A stretch of 64,000 bases of DNA from Psammoneis japonica (lineage: Eukaryota). Below are positions 1 to 11,945 of the stretch, in pieces. The notes below the pieces were generated by a model. The model searched no databases. It was not told where the DNA came from and was given only the letters and a program-made list of their open reading frames with translations. Numbering within the stretch: position 1 is the first letter of the stretch; the number at the start of each line of letters is the position of its first letter. The stretch lies in NCBI GenBank assembly GCA_008632985.1, contig QPGO01000236.1, positions 1-64,000 on the forward strand, written 5' to 3'. Position numbers and translations under genes: made by a program.

Positions 1-239
1 ACGCCTCACAGCTTATGGCCATGACACATACAAGCATGCCTCATTGTCATCGCGTCGAGCACTCGTATCGAAAATGCCGATAGATCAAAGTTCAGGAAAA
101 GGATGGAATACAAATTCATTTGTGAATTCATTAGTGGCATTGGCGTAATGATATTTACGGCAGAAGCAATCTAAAATCCTTATTCATCATTGACATTTCT
201 GTATTGCTCAGATTTTGAAATCTGACCACTACCGTTAAG

Positions 240-373
240 CATTTAGCTGTCTTTGTATGGAAGTGGAAATGACACTTAACGATTTACACTAACCATTTAG
301 CTTTCTTTGTGTCGAAGTGGAAATGACACTTAACGATTTACACTAACCATTTAGCTTACTTTGGCTCGAAGTC
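240..373. repeat. Tandem repeat, 54-bp unit, ~2.5 copies
   Basis: CATTTAGCT recurs at 240, 294 and 348; GAAGTGGAAATGACACTTAACGATTTACACTAAC is identical in two units. Confidence 0.9.
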
Positions 374-480
374 AGACAAAGAGATTGGGCTATGGGCTTG
401 TCGTTAACCAGCCACGAGCATGAAATCTTTACCAGGCTCACGGCCATGTTGAAAATGCTGTACAGTACGAACTTGAGCCT

Positions 481-1632
481 ATGCCACACACGATGATGAT
501 CGGCAATCACTGCCGTTGCACAAGCAAGACAAGCGCCATGACAATGGCAAGAGCAGTTTTCTTTTCAGTGGTTCTAGTTGCTGTGATTGCTTTTGCTGCA
601 CTAATGGGCGTGACGGTTCCGAGGAGCAAATTACAACACCATGAACTGGTGCAGACAAAGATCATACCTTCGTCGCAACGCCACAAGAATATATCTACGC
701 CATTGATCCAAAACGATCTCGGCACAGAATGTACCTCGCAGTCCTCAAAAAATGAGCAAGCACTGAATACTATACAGATGATATCTATATCAAGAGATAA
801 ATTCTCGCTGTTGCACGTTGGAAAAGCCGGAGGCGGTGCATTTCGAGACCGAACACTTCGTGCATGGCGGATTAAAACCAACGAATGTCATCCGGTTCCT
901 TGTACCAATCGCTTGGTGTCAGATACGGCGGCATTATTTGTCGTTACCATTCGAGATCCAATTGATCGCTTTCTTTCTGCCTTTTATTGGCGAGACCTTG
1001 TCCTGTGCAATCCACACGGCGACAATCGCAAACCGGGTTTTGCAGCAGGTGCTCCCGACAAGCATTGTCAGAATCGTTCTCATGTGCGTGCCGAGCAGGA
1101 AATAATTTTTGACAAGTACAAGAGAAATGCAAACCTCTTGGCAGAAGCCCTTTGCGATTCTACGGTGGACGCCAGGATGGATCTGAAACAAATTGTACAC
1201 GCTCGATTTTCCATAAAGGATTGGTTGGGAATCGACTTGTGGAAAACATCGGCGTCGTCCATCATGCCAATTGTGCTGGAGGAGAATTTTGACTATTACA
1301 GGCAAATTGATCATGCGGTTCGTTGGATCCATGCCCATGCCGAATTCTTGAATGCGTCTGACTTTGCCTTGCGACAAGCCAATGTTGTTCAAATGGATTG
1401 CGAGATGCAGAGGAACAATGCCTCTAGAACATCCCTGTCAAGACTGCATTCATCCGTTACAACCGACAAGTATCGTGCTCCTCTATCACCCATGGGCAAA
1501 AGGTGTCTTGCACAGTACTATCATGAAGATTATGAAATTTTGCAAGACTTGAAGGAACTGGCCTGCAAGACTGACGTTTGTCGATTGGCAATCCAATCCA
1601 TTCTTACGCGTCGAACATCCCTGTTGGCCTGA
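481..1632 (+). CDS. Sulfotransferase-family (Sulfotransfer_2-like) type II membrane protein
   Basis: N-terminal TM (AVFFSVVLVAVIAFAALMGV); 5'-PSB-like LHVGKAGGG; 3'-PB-like IRDPIDRFLSAFYW; C-terminal YYHEDYEIL. True start may be the Met at 538/544. Confidence 0.75.
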   Translation: MPHTMMIGNHCRCTSKTSAMTMARAVFFSVVLVAVIAFAALMGVTVPRSKLQHHELVQTKIIPSSQRHKNISTPLIQNDLGTECTSQSSKNEQALNTIQMISISRDKFSLLHVGKAGGGAFRDRTLRAWRIKTNECHPVPCTNRLVSDTAALFVVTIRDPIDRFLSAFYWRDLVLCNPHGDNRKPGFAAGAPDKHCQNRSHVRAEQEIIFDKYKRNANLLAEALCDSTVDARMDLKQIVHARFSIKDWLGIDLWKTSASSIMPIVLEENFDYYRQIDHAVRWIHAHAEFLNASDFALRQANVVQMDCEMQRNNASRTSLSRLHSSVTTDKYRAPLSPMGKRCLAQYYHEDYEILQDLKELACKTDVCRLAIQSILTRRTSLLA

Positions 1633-2162
1633 CGATTAAAGAAGCTCATGTGCTGTATTTCTTAGCAGTCGCTTAGGATGGTCGTATTGGGAGAGAATTT
1701 TTGTGAATGTGACCGGATGACTCGTACAAGGAGGGCATTCTTCGTGACTGCCATCATTGGCGGACACAACGTTTCTCTCAAGTGGAAGTCACACCATCTC
1801 CACTGTAGCATTGCCGTCCTATAGAAGGGTTTGATTTGCGAGAAGCCACGTCTCCCTTTTGGGACAATGCAGAAGGACAGAGGACAATCAACGCAGGTGC
1901 CACACTTGTCAACTCTTTTTCTGAGCGTACCATTGACAATGACTGTGACATAGAGGGCTCCAGGGCTGCAGAATATAGCTAGTTAGAGCCAGTTATGATA
2001 CCATCGAGGCCTTGCCATTAGCCACAGATAGAGCGACAGCTACTGAGTAGCTAGAGAGTACCGGTAGGCGTACGAAAGAAACGTTCTCATTATGCTGGTT
2101 AGGCTCCCGTCCTAATTTAGCGCCCACCTACCGTATTTCATTCATGAAATTCATTTATCACC

Positions 2163-3159
2163 ATGGCGTCCCTGTTGCCATCTCGTTGCTTGCTCCGAGC
2201 GACTCCTCTAGCCAGTAGACTCTCTCTGACTGACAAAACGAGTGCAATACTCGATAATTTTCGTACGCACATGAACCATGGAAGTGGTGAATTGTTGCAC
2301 GCAGCACCTCCTCAAACAGGTCCACGTGAACCGATCGAGCTTGGGTTGGATGCGGCACGGGCGACGCAAAACATTTTGAGATTGCTCGAGTCGTCGTCAC
2401 AAGGTGGGTACAGAGACACACTTGATACCACATGGCACCCCAAGGGACTTGTTTGGAGAGGAGGAGGAGTCGCGCTGACGCCGTCGCAAGCACAACGACA
2501 ACGCAGTAGCAATCACGTTTCTCCGCCAAACTCGAGTGGCTGGCGTTTGCAGACAATCGAACGGCACTCGCCAAAATTCAAGAAACGAATGGATTCTATA
2601 AGTACATATCTATGCTTCGTCTTGATGATTCTCCAAGCAACAATAGGGTTTTACCAAATGATGGTTGGCAAATTCTCAGGTCATTGGAATCATCGTCTTC
2701 TTCCGAAAACCTAATGAAAAACAACGATTCAATTGTTTCTCTCCATAACACACTGCAAACCTACTTATCGATTGAACATGGTGGTGGAGAAAAAGACAAG
2801 CAACGAGCAGAGGTGCTGTTCGATACAAAAGCATCGCTGCTTACAGCTGGAGCTTCTGATCCAGACGAACCACCCACGGATTGGTCCGCCCCGGTAGGAT
2901 CCTTGTTGGAGATTTCATTGGAATCCTATTTAAAGGGCGTGTCACAACAACGCCTCATTCCAAGGAAAGCAAATTGCATGATGCCATTGTTCAAATTGAC
3001 GTGTTACCATGTCATACCGCGGCATCAGCAACAGTGCATGTGGGCAATGGCACACAATCCAACATCTTTGTGGATCACTTGTTGCTGAGCTGCAAGCATG
3101 ACAACGATGAGTGGACAATTGTTTCCAAAGTCTTTTCACCACAACCTTGGCCGTCATGA
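2163..3159 (+). CDS. Protein with tandem SnoaL/lumazine-binding-like (NTF2 fold) domains, split by about 2 frameshifts
   Basis: Overlapping ORFs 2163-2714, 2612-3088 and 2881-3159 join into one protein ending ASATVHVG...FVDHLLL...WTIVSKVFS, typical of Lumazine_bd_2-like domains. Normal TpA content. Confidence 0.55.
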
Positions 3160-3354
3160 GAGAGAGTTGCGCCCTGGAATTATTGATTCTATTGCTGCGG
3201 TTGTTTTTTGTCGTCCAGCTACTCTCCGTACATGGAGAAGCTAATGAAGAGATTGTGTGGCTTAAATATTCAAACTTCAAACCTGTTTTATATAATGTGA
3301 TATGAATAAAGTCAAGGTAAACTATGAAAAGTTTCAAGATAGGGCCACTAGCGA

Positions 3355-3900
3355 TCAAGCATCCACAAACGAGGTCGCGGTCTTGAGTTTTTCCATGCAC
3401 TTTGCGACATCAGCATCAAAGTTATTGAAATCCCAGTAATGCGCCCACCGATACATCTTGCCTTCTTCGTCGAGTTCAATCGTCTGATAGCCAGCAGCCG
3501 TAACGAGGCAGGATCCCCCGAAAAGTCCAATGAAGTCATTTTGAAAGCTGCATGTTTTGCCCGAAACAAAAATGGGGCCAGCAATGGAACTGCTGTAGCG
3601 AAAACCGTCTGATGGGGTAAATCCGTGCGTCTCCACCCAATTCATAATGTCTTGTGGAGCATAATTGGTCAAGGTACGCTCCTCAACCCCAACAGGGCAG
3701 GCAAAATAGTTTCCAGGCTTGGTGGAATGTAATTTCGCAAAAGCTTCTACATCCTCTAGAGTCGTCCAGCGGCTGGGAGGAAATGCGGTCTCATAGATGC
3801 TTCTGCACTGGGAACGAACCACGTTATCCTCCTCGACGGTCGTGGCGGTTGACAAGACGACAGTGGTGAAGAGCAGGGCAAAAGAAATGAGCTTCGTCAT
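3355..3900 (-). CDS. Secreted protein, probable SnoaL/NTF2-like fold (181 aa)
   Basis: Signal peptide MTKLISFALLFTTVVLSTA from the Met at 3900; C-terminal IELDEEGKMYRWAHYWD resembles the SnoaL-like end motif. Confidence 0.6.
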   Translation of the reverse strand: MTKLISFALLFTTVVLSTATTVEEDNVVRSQCRSIYETAFPPSRWTTLEDVEAFAKLHSTKPGNYFACPVGVEERTLTNYAPQDIMNWVETHGFTPSDGFRYSSSIAGPIFVSGKTCSFQNDFIGLFGGSCLVTAAGYQTIELDEEGKMYRWAHYWDFNNFDADVAKCMEKLKTATSFVDA

Positions 3901-4029
3901 TTTTGAGAGATTAGAGAGTACTTTGTTGGATTGCAGATGGTGGTTTTGTGAGAGGGGCAAGAGTTGCTGTGATGTGATTTGAAACGATCCGTGTGCAGTT
4001 TTTGCCATCTCACTTTTTGGTCGCTGTGC

Positions 4030-5850
4030 ACGATTGAAGGTCGCGGCATAGCGCGCATGCATGCACTCAGCATTGTCACGCCTTGCTTCAAGGAATCAAG
4101 GTGGAGGATGCGAGTCCCGCGAGAGGGAGTCGTGGCGCGACCCCCACTGGGAAATCATCCGTTGTTCCCGCCACCCGCAATCAAACCGTGCTCGTTGAGC
4201 CTGTTGCTCTCTCCCTGTTGTCATTTCAGGTCAGTGGCAGGGTTTGCATTATTTGTGAAAACTGCATGTGACAGGAAACAGTGGCTAAATTGTTGGACTC
4301 AGCAGAGCCCCACCTCTTTGCGCCCCTCAGCTGTCTGCGGCGGCTGTGCACGTGTGTGTTCGTGTGAACAAACCCAGCCAAACTCACCTTTCAGTGGGCA
4401 AAATGAGCCTGGAAACAGCTGAAGAGAAGCCAATGTTGTTGTCACAACCACAAATCTGAGGTTCCAGCCGAAGCAGAGAGTGCCAGAAGAAGAAAAAAAC
4501 TCCTGAGACATTTCTTGACATGCGCCACCTGACACAAGACACAAACCATCTGCAAATGTGAGTGCTGAGAACAGTCTAAAAAGCAGCCAATGTTGTCATC
4601 ACAATTGCTCTTCTGAGGTTGCAACCAAAGCCAAGCCCCTTGACATCTCTTGATGCCACCTCAAACACAAGACAGACCATCCGCCAATGCGGCTCAACTT
4701 TTGAAAACTGCTCAAAACTTCTTCCTTTTGGGAAGCAAAATGCACAAAACCCAAGCTTGCAGCCACAAAGTGACCCTTGGTCTGGGAGGCAAAAAAGGCA
4801 ACATGTCACAGGTGGCTGTGACCTTGAAGTCAGAACCTCTGCCAAAGTCATTGCTCTGGCTCTGGGCGGGACCTTGCGCGACTGCTGGTGGGCTGTGACA
4901 TGAGAGTTTTTCGGATCGCACCGCGTGTTGTGCGTGCACATTTTTGTGTGCTGTGTTCTGCAAAATTGCTTTGTGCTCCCTGTTTTGTGAAGCCAAAGGC
5001 TTTCCATTTTCTTCGTGATTCTTCATGAGAGCAAAAATGGGCCGGTTGTGTTCTTTTGTGTTTGAAGAACATGCCTGGGCAAACTGCAAATGATGTGGCT
5101 CACCCCGGGTTTGTCCTGACATTGCCATGCCATTTGAACAAGATTGTTTGCAGTTTTTTTGTTTTTGAATGCAAAAATTGTTCTCCACATTTGCAACTGA
5201 TCATGCACAAAAATGATGACATCAGCCACTGCGATTGCAGCACGATGATGACAGGAGCAACCATCAATCTTTTTCTCGAAAACACAGTTTGCTGGCATCA
5301 CACTCTCGACTGACGTTGATCATGCAACACATGGCAATTGCAACACCAATGAGAGCATGACACTGACAAACTTTCATCACAGACTCATGGCTTGCTGTTT
5401 TCGCCATGGCGAAGCATGGTCCAACTTTAAAAAATCACGCAAATCACGAGCTGTTCGGCGAAATTTGAGCTAAAAAAGCAGTGGCCAACCCCGTTGGAGT
5501 GTGGAGGAGGAGACATGTTCGCAAAATTTGCCTCTTCTTCTGCTGGTGATCATTCATGTGTTCATTCCTTGACAATTTCACTGCGGAGCTCACGCAGGTC
5601 CATGCCACACGGAGTCCCATGACATGGCGGGGCTGGGGAGTGCAGCTGACTGAAGAGATGGTGTCTCGCAGCCTGTCAATGAATGCCACTTGTCGGCATT
5701 TCCCGGGAAACAGATGAGTGTTTGGATTTGGGGGTGTTTCGAGAAAGGTCAAAACAACACGGCGAAGTGTGGGCCCACAAATGTCCGCCCTCATTTTTGA
5801 TCCATCCTTGCTCAGAAATGAGAATGCTGATCATGTTTGTGTGTCGGTGT
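4030..5850. other. TpA-depleted hypermutated domain, probable transposon relic upstream of the RdRP gene
   Basis: TA dinucleotides nearly absent and TG/CA abundant; 5100-5490 is homologous to the reverse complement of 53196-53578. Confidence 0.75.
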
Positions 5851-5998
5851 AATCGGCTCATAGAGTGCACAGCGCTGTTCCTCTTTAGTTTTGAAATCTT
5901 TTGGTGGCGTAGCGTACCGAGAAAAGTATCTTTGGTGTCAACATACACACAATGAGTGTCACGTTATTCTTTATTTTCTTAAATGATCAGCCTGAACC

Positions 5999-8836
5999 AT
6001 GAAGAAAGGGCAAATTATTTTGGTTAAGGATGAAAAAGGAGCACTGGTGCACCAAGCCACCTTGCTTGAAGATGTCGAGGACGACGACTTGAAAGTTGCC
6101 GGAAACCTGGTGAGGATTCGTTGGTTCATCCGAGGTGACATTGCTCATGTTCGCTCGGAGAACATCGTCCCGTTTGAGGAGAAACTTCCGCCACGGAAAC
6201 GGACTCGTCCCAACCCAGGGAGCTGCTTGAGTCCACAGAAGCGCCCCAAACAACGGATCACTGTACCTGGTGCAAGTGGCGCCGACGGTTTGGCCGCACG
6301 CCCACAAGAGAAAAGTGCAGCAGTGGTCACTCCCACCTCGGCACAAGGAGCAGAGAATGAGCAACTTGTCCCGGGAGGCGATCTCCTGAGTGATGCCGAA
6401 CCGGAAGATGATCCGGAGTTGTTTCCCTCCGAAGACAATCTCCTGGACGATGGCGAGCCAGAAGATGATCCGGAGTTGTTTCCAACTGAAGACAATCTCC
6501 TGGACGATGGCGAGTCAGAAGATGATCCGGAGTTGTTTTCCACTAAAGACGATCTCGAACCGGAAGATGATCTGGAGTTGTTTCCGGACAAACAAGAGGA
6601 AGAAGAAAATGAACAGCAGCGTGGCGACATTGCCAGTGACAACGAATCTACGAGTGAAGCAGGTCAAGCAAATGAATTGAAGAAAGAGTCATTCCCTTCA
6701 GCCCCTCCAAAACATTATAGCACGAAAATTCCAGATGCTGCAGTTCGCAGCGAAGGCGAACTTGTGATCTACGAGGAAAGCACGGACGAGTTCTTTCTTC
6801 GTTGGCTCTTTGGCGGGAAATTGAAGATAATTAAGGTGGGAAACGTCAGCATGAAAAGCCCCCCTCTTGAAAAGCAGCGCAAGGTGGCAGGTGAGGATTG
6901 CACCCTAATCTGCTCCAAGTTGGAAAAAGGAGCATCATCGCACAAGTTTAACGGGAAAGACGACCAGGGAATGTACGTGAAAGCCTACTACGTATCAATG
7001 TCGAAGAACAAGGTTCGCAAGGAAATGGAAAAGATCGCGAATTTCCAGGAGCTATCCCCTACAAAAGTCGCATCCCGATTCGAACTGCTGGTGTCTCCCG
7101 CTGCGCGTTCAAAGGGCAAATTGAAAGTTCCCTACCAGTTTAAAATGGACATTTCTGAGTTTGAAGAAATCCAGGAAAACGGAAATGAAGGAGGTGGTTT
7201 TATTCCCAAAGATATTATCCAAAAGCTTTTCGGAAGAAAAAAGGAGGGTGCATTGATTTGCGCTATACAAGTTCGAGTGGTTGCGCCCGGTCTTGGCATA
7301 TTCAAGGGCACGTTGGTGAGGAAACATGGCATCAAACGAGTGCAACTGCCACTGTCTATGAAGAAGGTCAACGCCTCTCTACTCAAGACGCGTTCGCAGC
7401 GATGGGTGTATGTCGATGTCATCAGAACGTTTCCTTCGACTATCTGCGAACGCATTGAGTGCAGCTTAAATCCGAATCTAAAAGACCCAACAGGAGAACC
7501 CTCGAATGCTCTAAAAGCGCCACCTGTCTCAATACGTAAGATGATGCTGGCCCGGGGAGTCCCTCGTGACATGCTAGAGGACTATTGTTGTAGTTCAACG
7601 AAATCCTGGGATCTGCACAAACATGCTTGGTGCGCTGGCGTTGCAGACCCGACCGGTTCGCTGCCTCATGGCACTATTTTCATCTCGGGACGCGGTGAAG
7701 AATCGGCCCAAGAGCAGATCTTTGTCACACGATCACCAAACACGGAGATTGATGACAGCCTGCTAGTTGAAAGTATTCGATGCAGACCAAACGGAATGAA
7801 AACAGAAGACTGGAAGTTACTCTGCTCTCTCCATTTTGGAATTGTGGTATTTTCTCGCAGCCAGGCAGGCGAGAAATCTCTCCCGGAAAAATTGGGGGTG
7901 GCGACCTTGACGGCGACCAGTACTTCGTATGCTGGGATGAGGATTTAGTTTCCAGCATGACTGCCAGCTCACCATCAGTTGTAGCCAACGATGGGGGTGT
8001 TGACGACATCTTCGGAACCGAGTTCGTGGACTCGGTGGATGAGAAGAAGAAGAGAGGCACAGTGGTGAGAAAAGACGGCGAGAAATATGTTGTGAACTTT
8101 GGTCACGGCGACGAAAGGAATACACTCGCGATGAGATAATGGAGGGCCGTGCTTACCCGGAAAGGATTGAAGCCCCACCGCGTCAAAGGTGGGAAAACAC
8201 AAGTAAAATCCGTTGGCAAGGAGGAGGGGTTGAATGGAGAAATCTATCCGAACTCAAAAAGGAGATCCCGGACATTTTGGCTCGCTATGCTGCCGAAAAT
8301 GATCTCTTGCACACGAACGGCTGGAAGGGGTTCAGCAAGACACTCCCAATGGTGGATTCACCGGGGATTGCCAAGATAATCGGTCACAGGGGGTCGGACA
8401 AGACGCTTGAAGTTGAAATACTGTGGGAAGACGGATCTTCAGAATGGCAAAGGGTCCAGTGCAAAGATGACGACCTGAGAGAAGAAGACCCAGAGGTTCT
8501 AGTAGAGTACGCCAGGGCGAATGATTTGGAGAACAAAAAAGGGTGGAAATGGGTCAAGAGGCACCTTTCGAAACCAAGAATTCGTGGTTTGACAGAGCGC
8601 AGGATGTTGTTGCTAATGTGTCGCGTTTGAAGGAACTTGACATGCTGACGAAAAGGCTCAGCAATGAATACAAAAATATCGAAGACTTTCGGGACCCTGA
8701 CAAGTTGATGTTGGGACGTGCATTTAAGGACTCGCTAGACATTGGAAAGCATGGCGGGAGAGTAAAGCTGCCTGTTCGCTTGCGTGATCGCGTCCCCGCC
8801 TCCCATTGGAAGTACATCTATTTTAGTGACGAGTAA
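5999..8836 (+). CDS. Cellular RNA-dependent RNA polymerase (RNAi RdRP/RDR family) with N-terminal Tudor-like domain and internal Tudor/chromo-like insertions; several 1-bp frameshifts
   Basis: RdRP motifs in order: NEGGGFI, AIQVR...FKGTL, GVADPTGSL, FVTRSP, VVFS, GGDLDGDQYFVCWD (after a slip at the A/G homopolymers near 7890) and LGRAFKDSLDIGKHGG. Further slips at ~8119, ~8175, ~8207 and ~8570, mostly in homopolymers. Confidence 0.85.
6378..6590 (+). repeat. Coding tandem repeat, ~60-bp unit (acidic EPEDDPELFPxEDNLLDDG) within the RdRP N-terminus
   Basis: GAAGATGATCCGGAGTTGTTT three times plus one GAAGATGATCTGGAGTTGTTT variant. Confidence 0.9.
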
Positions 8837-9845
8837 TTGGCACGATCACGGAGCACCCGAATCGAATTCACACACCTCACGAAGAACTCATGGCGGGAGA
8901 TCAGAGGTTAAACTGCATTTTCGTTTTCACAAACATCTACGATTTCATGAGTGTTACATATCCCACTTAAGAATGGCCGGTGAGCTGAACTTTTGATTCG
9001 TCAGTGGGACTGCATTGTGCATTTGAACGACAAGCAACTCTTGACCAAGCATAAACTATTCCCTCTCAAGCGTTGCGGGAGAACAGAATTTCATTTTACG
9101 TTTCAACGATGAGCAACACGTGAGCAAATGTTGCGAACTCCCATTCAATTATTGCGGGAGACCAGGACTTCAGTACCGAAGTGCTCGCCGAATTGCACAT
9201 CTATGTCATCTATCTGAAACATCTAAACATCTTCTATAGTTTATGACAGCTTAAAGCATTACAAAATGTTCCCGCTCTGCTTCACCATGGGGTTCTTAGT
9301 TCTTGTTTCGTTGCCCCAAAACAATCGACATCCTGGATTTCTTTCTCAATGTGTTCGTACTTGCCGCATCAAACAGGTCTTGGGTCGAAATGCTAAATGC
9401 AGAAAGAGTGCCAAAAGAATGTGTCCCTAACAAGAGCATGGGCTGCGTCATCTGCGATAAAGTCTGGACCTGCGGCATCTCAATCTACTTCTGAACCTCA
9501 TCCTTGAACCAAGCGCAATTCTCAATCTCGGTTTCTATCTCCTCGGCAATGTCAGGATAAATCTCCTTGAGTTCCATCTACCAGAATTGGGATGAACAAA
9601 TCGCAGTGAAATGGCCGCGCATGCACTGGTGAAGCTTGAGCTCAAATGTTGCCGATGGCTAAATTCAGCATCAACATGCCAGAAATGGGATGGGCTTGCC
9701 ATGTAATAACCGCACCTGTACTGGTGAAGTTGAGCTCAAATCTCAACGCTTCTTTTTCTTTTGATCAGTCTTTATCTCTTTGGAAAGCAAACTTGGAAAC
9801 TGTGGAAACTGGAACCCGCACGCATGCTGCATCTTTTCGCAAGCC

Positions 9846-10020
9846 ACTCTACTGTGTACTGCCGGTAGCTACTCTCTACTCTAGTAGCTCTCTATTAGCT
9901 ATTAATAGCTATTTCTAGAGAGAGTAGAGGTAGTGCTGTACCTCTACTACTCTACTCTCTCTAGCTCTACTCTCTAGCTAGAGCTAGCTCTAGAGAGTAG
10001 AGTAGAGGGTACAGTACGTA
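9846..10020. repeat. TpA-dense low-complexity palindromic tract upstream of a gene
   Basis: CTACT/AGTAG/CTAG units, perfect palindrome TAGCTATTAATAGCTA (9896-9911), imperfect hairpin 9935-10015. Confidence 0.8.
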
Positions 10021-10157
10021 GGCAGGGCCCAAAAGGGCCCAAAATCTGCGCTGTGTGTGCTCTGCCGCGTGCGTGCGTGGCGACACTGCGAACCGCGACA
10101 TCCCAAACAAAACAAACTTGCCCAAACGCAGAAATAATATTGAAGAAAAAATCGACG

Positions 10158-10854
10158 ATGCTCCAGATGCTCCACTCGTCCGCGTTGACTGTCGGGGCAA
10201 TGGAGCGCATCGGTACTGGCCTGTGCTTTATCCTCTTTCCACTGACTTGGATCTTTTGCTTTTGGGCACACCCCAACCTGCTGCAGCCACGAATTCGCGG
10301 GCTTGAGCCCGAAGAATGGATCCGTCGCAAACATGAGAATGCACTCCTTCGCGTGGGCCACGCCCTCGTGGCACTCAGCACGACGCTCATGATTCCCATT
10401 ACGCTGCATTACATGTATTTACTGGGACATTCATCCAATTCGTTTTTGGGCCTCTTTGGTGCCGCCTTTGCAGTCTTTGGTGTCGTCTTGTTGGCGGCCA
10501 GCAAGGGCGCGGTGTGCTTCACAATGATTGCTCTGGAGGGGTTGGAAGAAGAGGACTTTGAGCAACTGCTGCCGGGCCTCGTGGCTGTTTTTTTCCTTTG
10601 AGGGGTACATGTTTTTAATGTGGGGAATGATTCTCATGGCGTTGGGCGTCTTGGTCCAAGTGTGGGGCATGATGCGCAGCCAGAGTTTACCTCAATGGCA
10701 ACTGAGGCTGCTCTTCGTCAGTGTCTTGTTCATTGGCTTTCCGGATGGGGCGGAAATTATCAATCTAGTGGCGACCTGTCTCATGGCCGTGGCAATGATA
10801 CCATATGGGGTAAATCTGATTCGGGGAGAAAGCAGTCACGTCAAGGTGCATTGA
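10158..10854 (+). CDS. Multi-pass membrane protein of unknown function, one frameshift at a poly-T (~10590)
   Basis: ORFs 10053-10601 and 10528-10854 give about 6-7 hydrophobic helices joined across GTTTTTTTCC; Met at 10158. Confidence 0.65.
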
Positions 10855-11945
10855 AAATGGTCACAGTACTGTGTAATCATTGCTGTTCTCTCTACAACTT
10901 CTCTCTGGTTGACGGCATTCATCAACTATCCATTCCCACGGCATGCAAAGATTTTGTACGTGGAACTTTTATGAGATACGTTCTTGAAACACGTCTTTGA
11001 GGTCAAGGTCATCGGTTGGATCGGAGTCGATCCTATGGCCAAACGCACATACCCGGTAGCGTTCCTCAATTGGCTTTAACTTGAGTCCGTGTGTAATACG
11101 GAACACTGGGTTCGATGACAGTATCGAAAGGATTACACTATTGTACATAGTTTGGAGCAAAACAAGTCCATTTCCACTAAAGCATCAACATCTGTATGAT
11201 CGGTTCCGACGACCGCAAGATTTGCAATCTACTCTGCGATGCTGAAACTTGGTGCTCGGCGTCATGAGATTTACGACACCAAAGGTCTCACTACAACTTT
11301 TAAGGCATCTTGTCGTCGTAGTGAATGATTGACTGAATTTCTGGGAGCCGTGTTTATTCATTGCCTATCGTCTACATGCATGTATGAAGTTCCACGATAT
11401 CTCCCCTTTGCTTCTCGGTGGCCATTCGTGTTGTTTGCCACGCTTGGCGTCTTCGCATCTTTGCGCTTCAGAAAGCGGGCATACTTCGGCTTCTTTTGCC
11501 AAACTGATAAGCTGGTGCTCACGACAACAATATGGACAAAGCTAGTCTTTGCGTGTTTTCGAGTCGGCAACGTTTGATTTCAGCATTTATTCTGTACCTT
11601 CACGTTATACCGATAGAATACTCATAGGTCCAGTTGTTGAAATCAAATTCGCTGATACTTTTGACTTGAGTGAGATGGCGATGCTTTCCCAGCTTATCGA
11701 ATGCCAGGTACAAACAATAGCACGGAAACACTGGCCTCGCATAGATGCATCCGTGGGGCACTCCGGTATGCTGACGAGTGACTCGATGAACCGGCACTTT
11801 GCACAACGGTCTAAAGCTACCTCGTGAGCAGTGAATGAATCAGCTACTCTCTACATGAAATGGTGGGTCCCTCAGAGCTGAAGGTACAAGATATGAGAGC
11901 CTCATTTTGCCTGGTGTTGGAGAGAGGCGGTTACAAATACATTCG

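Noticed and set aside
7885..8580. Programmed frameshifting in the RdRP gene
   Set aside because: Multiple +1/-1 slips in homopolymers, also seen in unrelated genes (2163-3159, ~10590), point to long-read consensus errors. True pseudogenisation cannot be excluded.
9250..9620. Gene fragment between RdRP and the membrane protein
   Set aside because: Short protein-like stretches interrupted by stops, with no recognisable domain.
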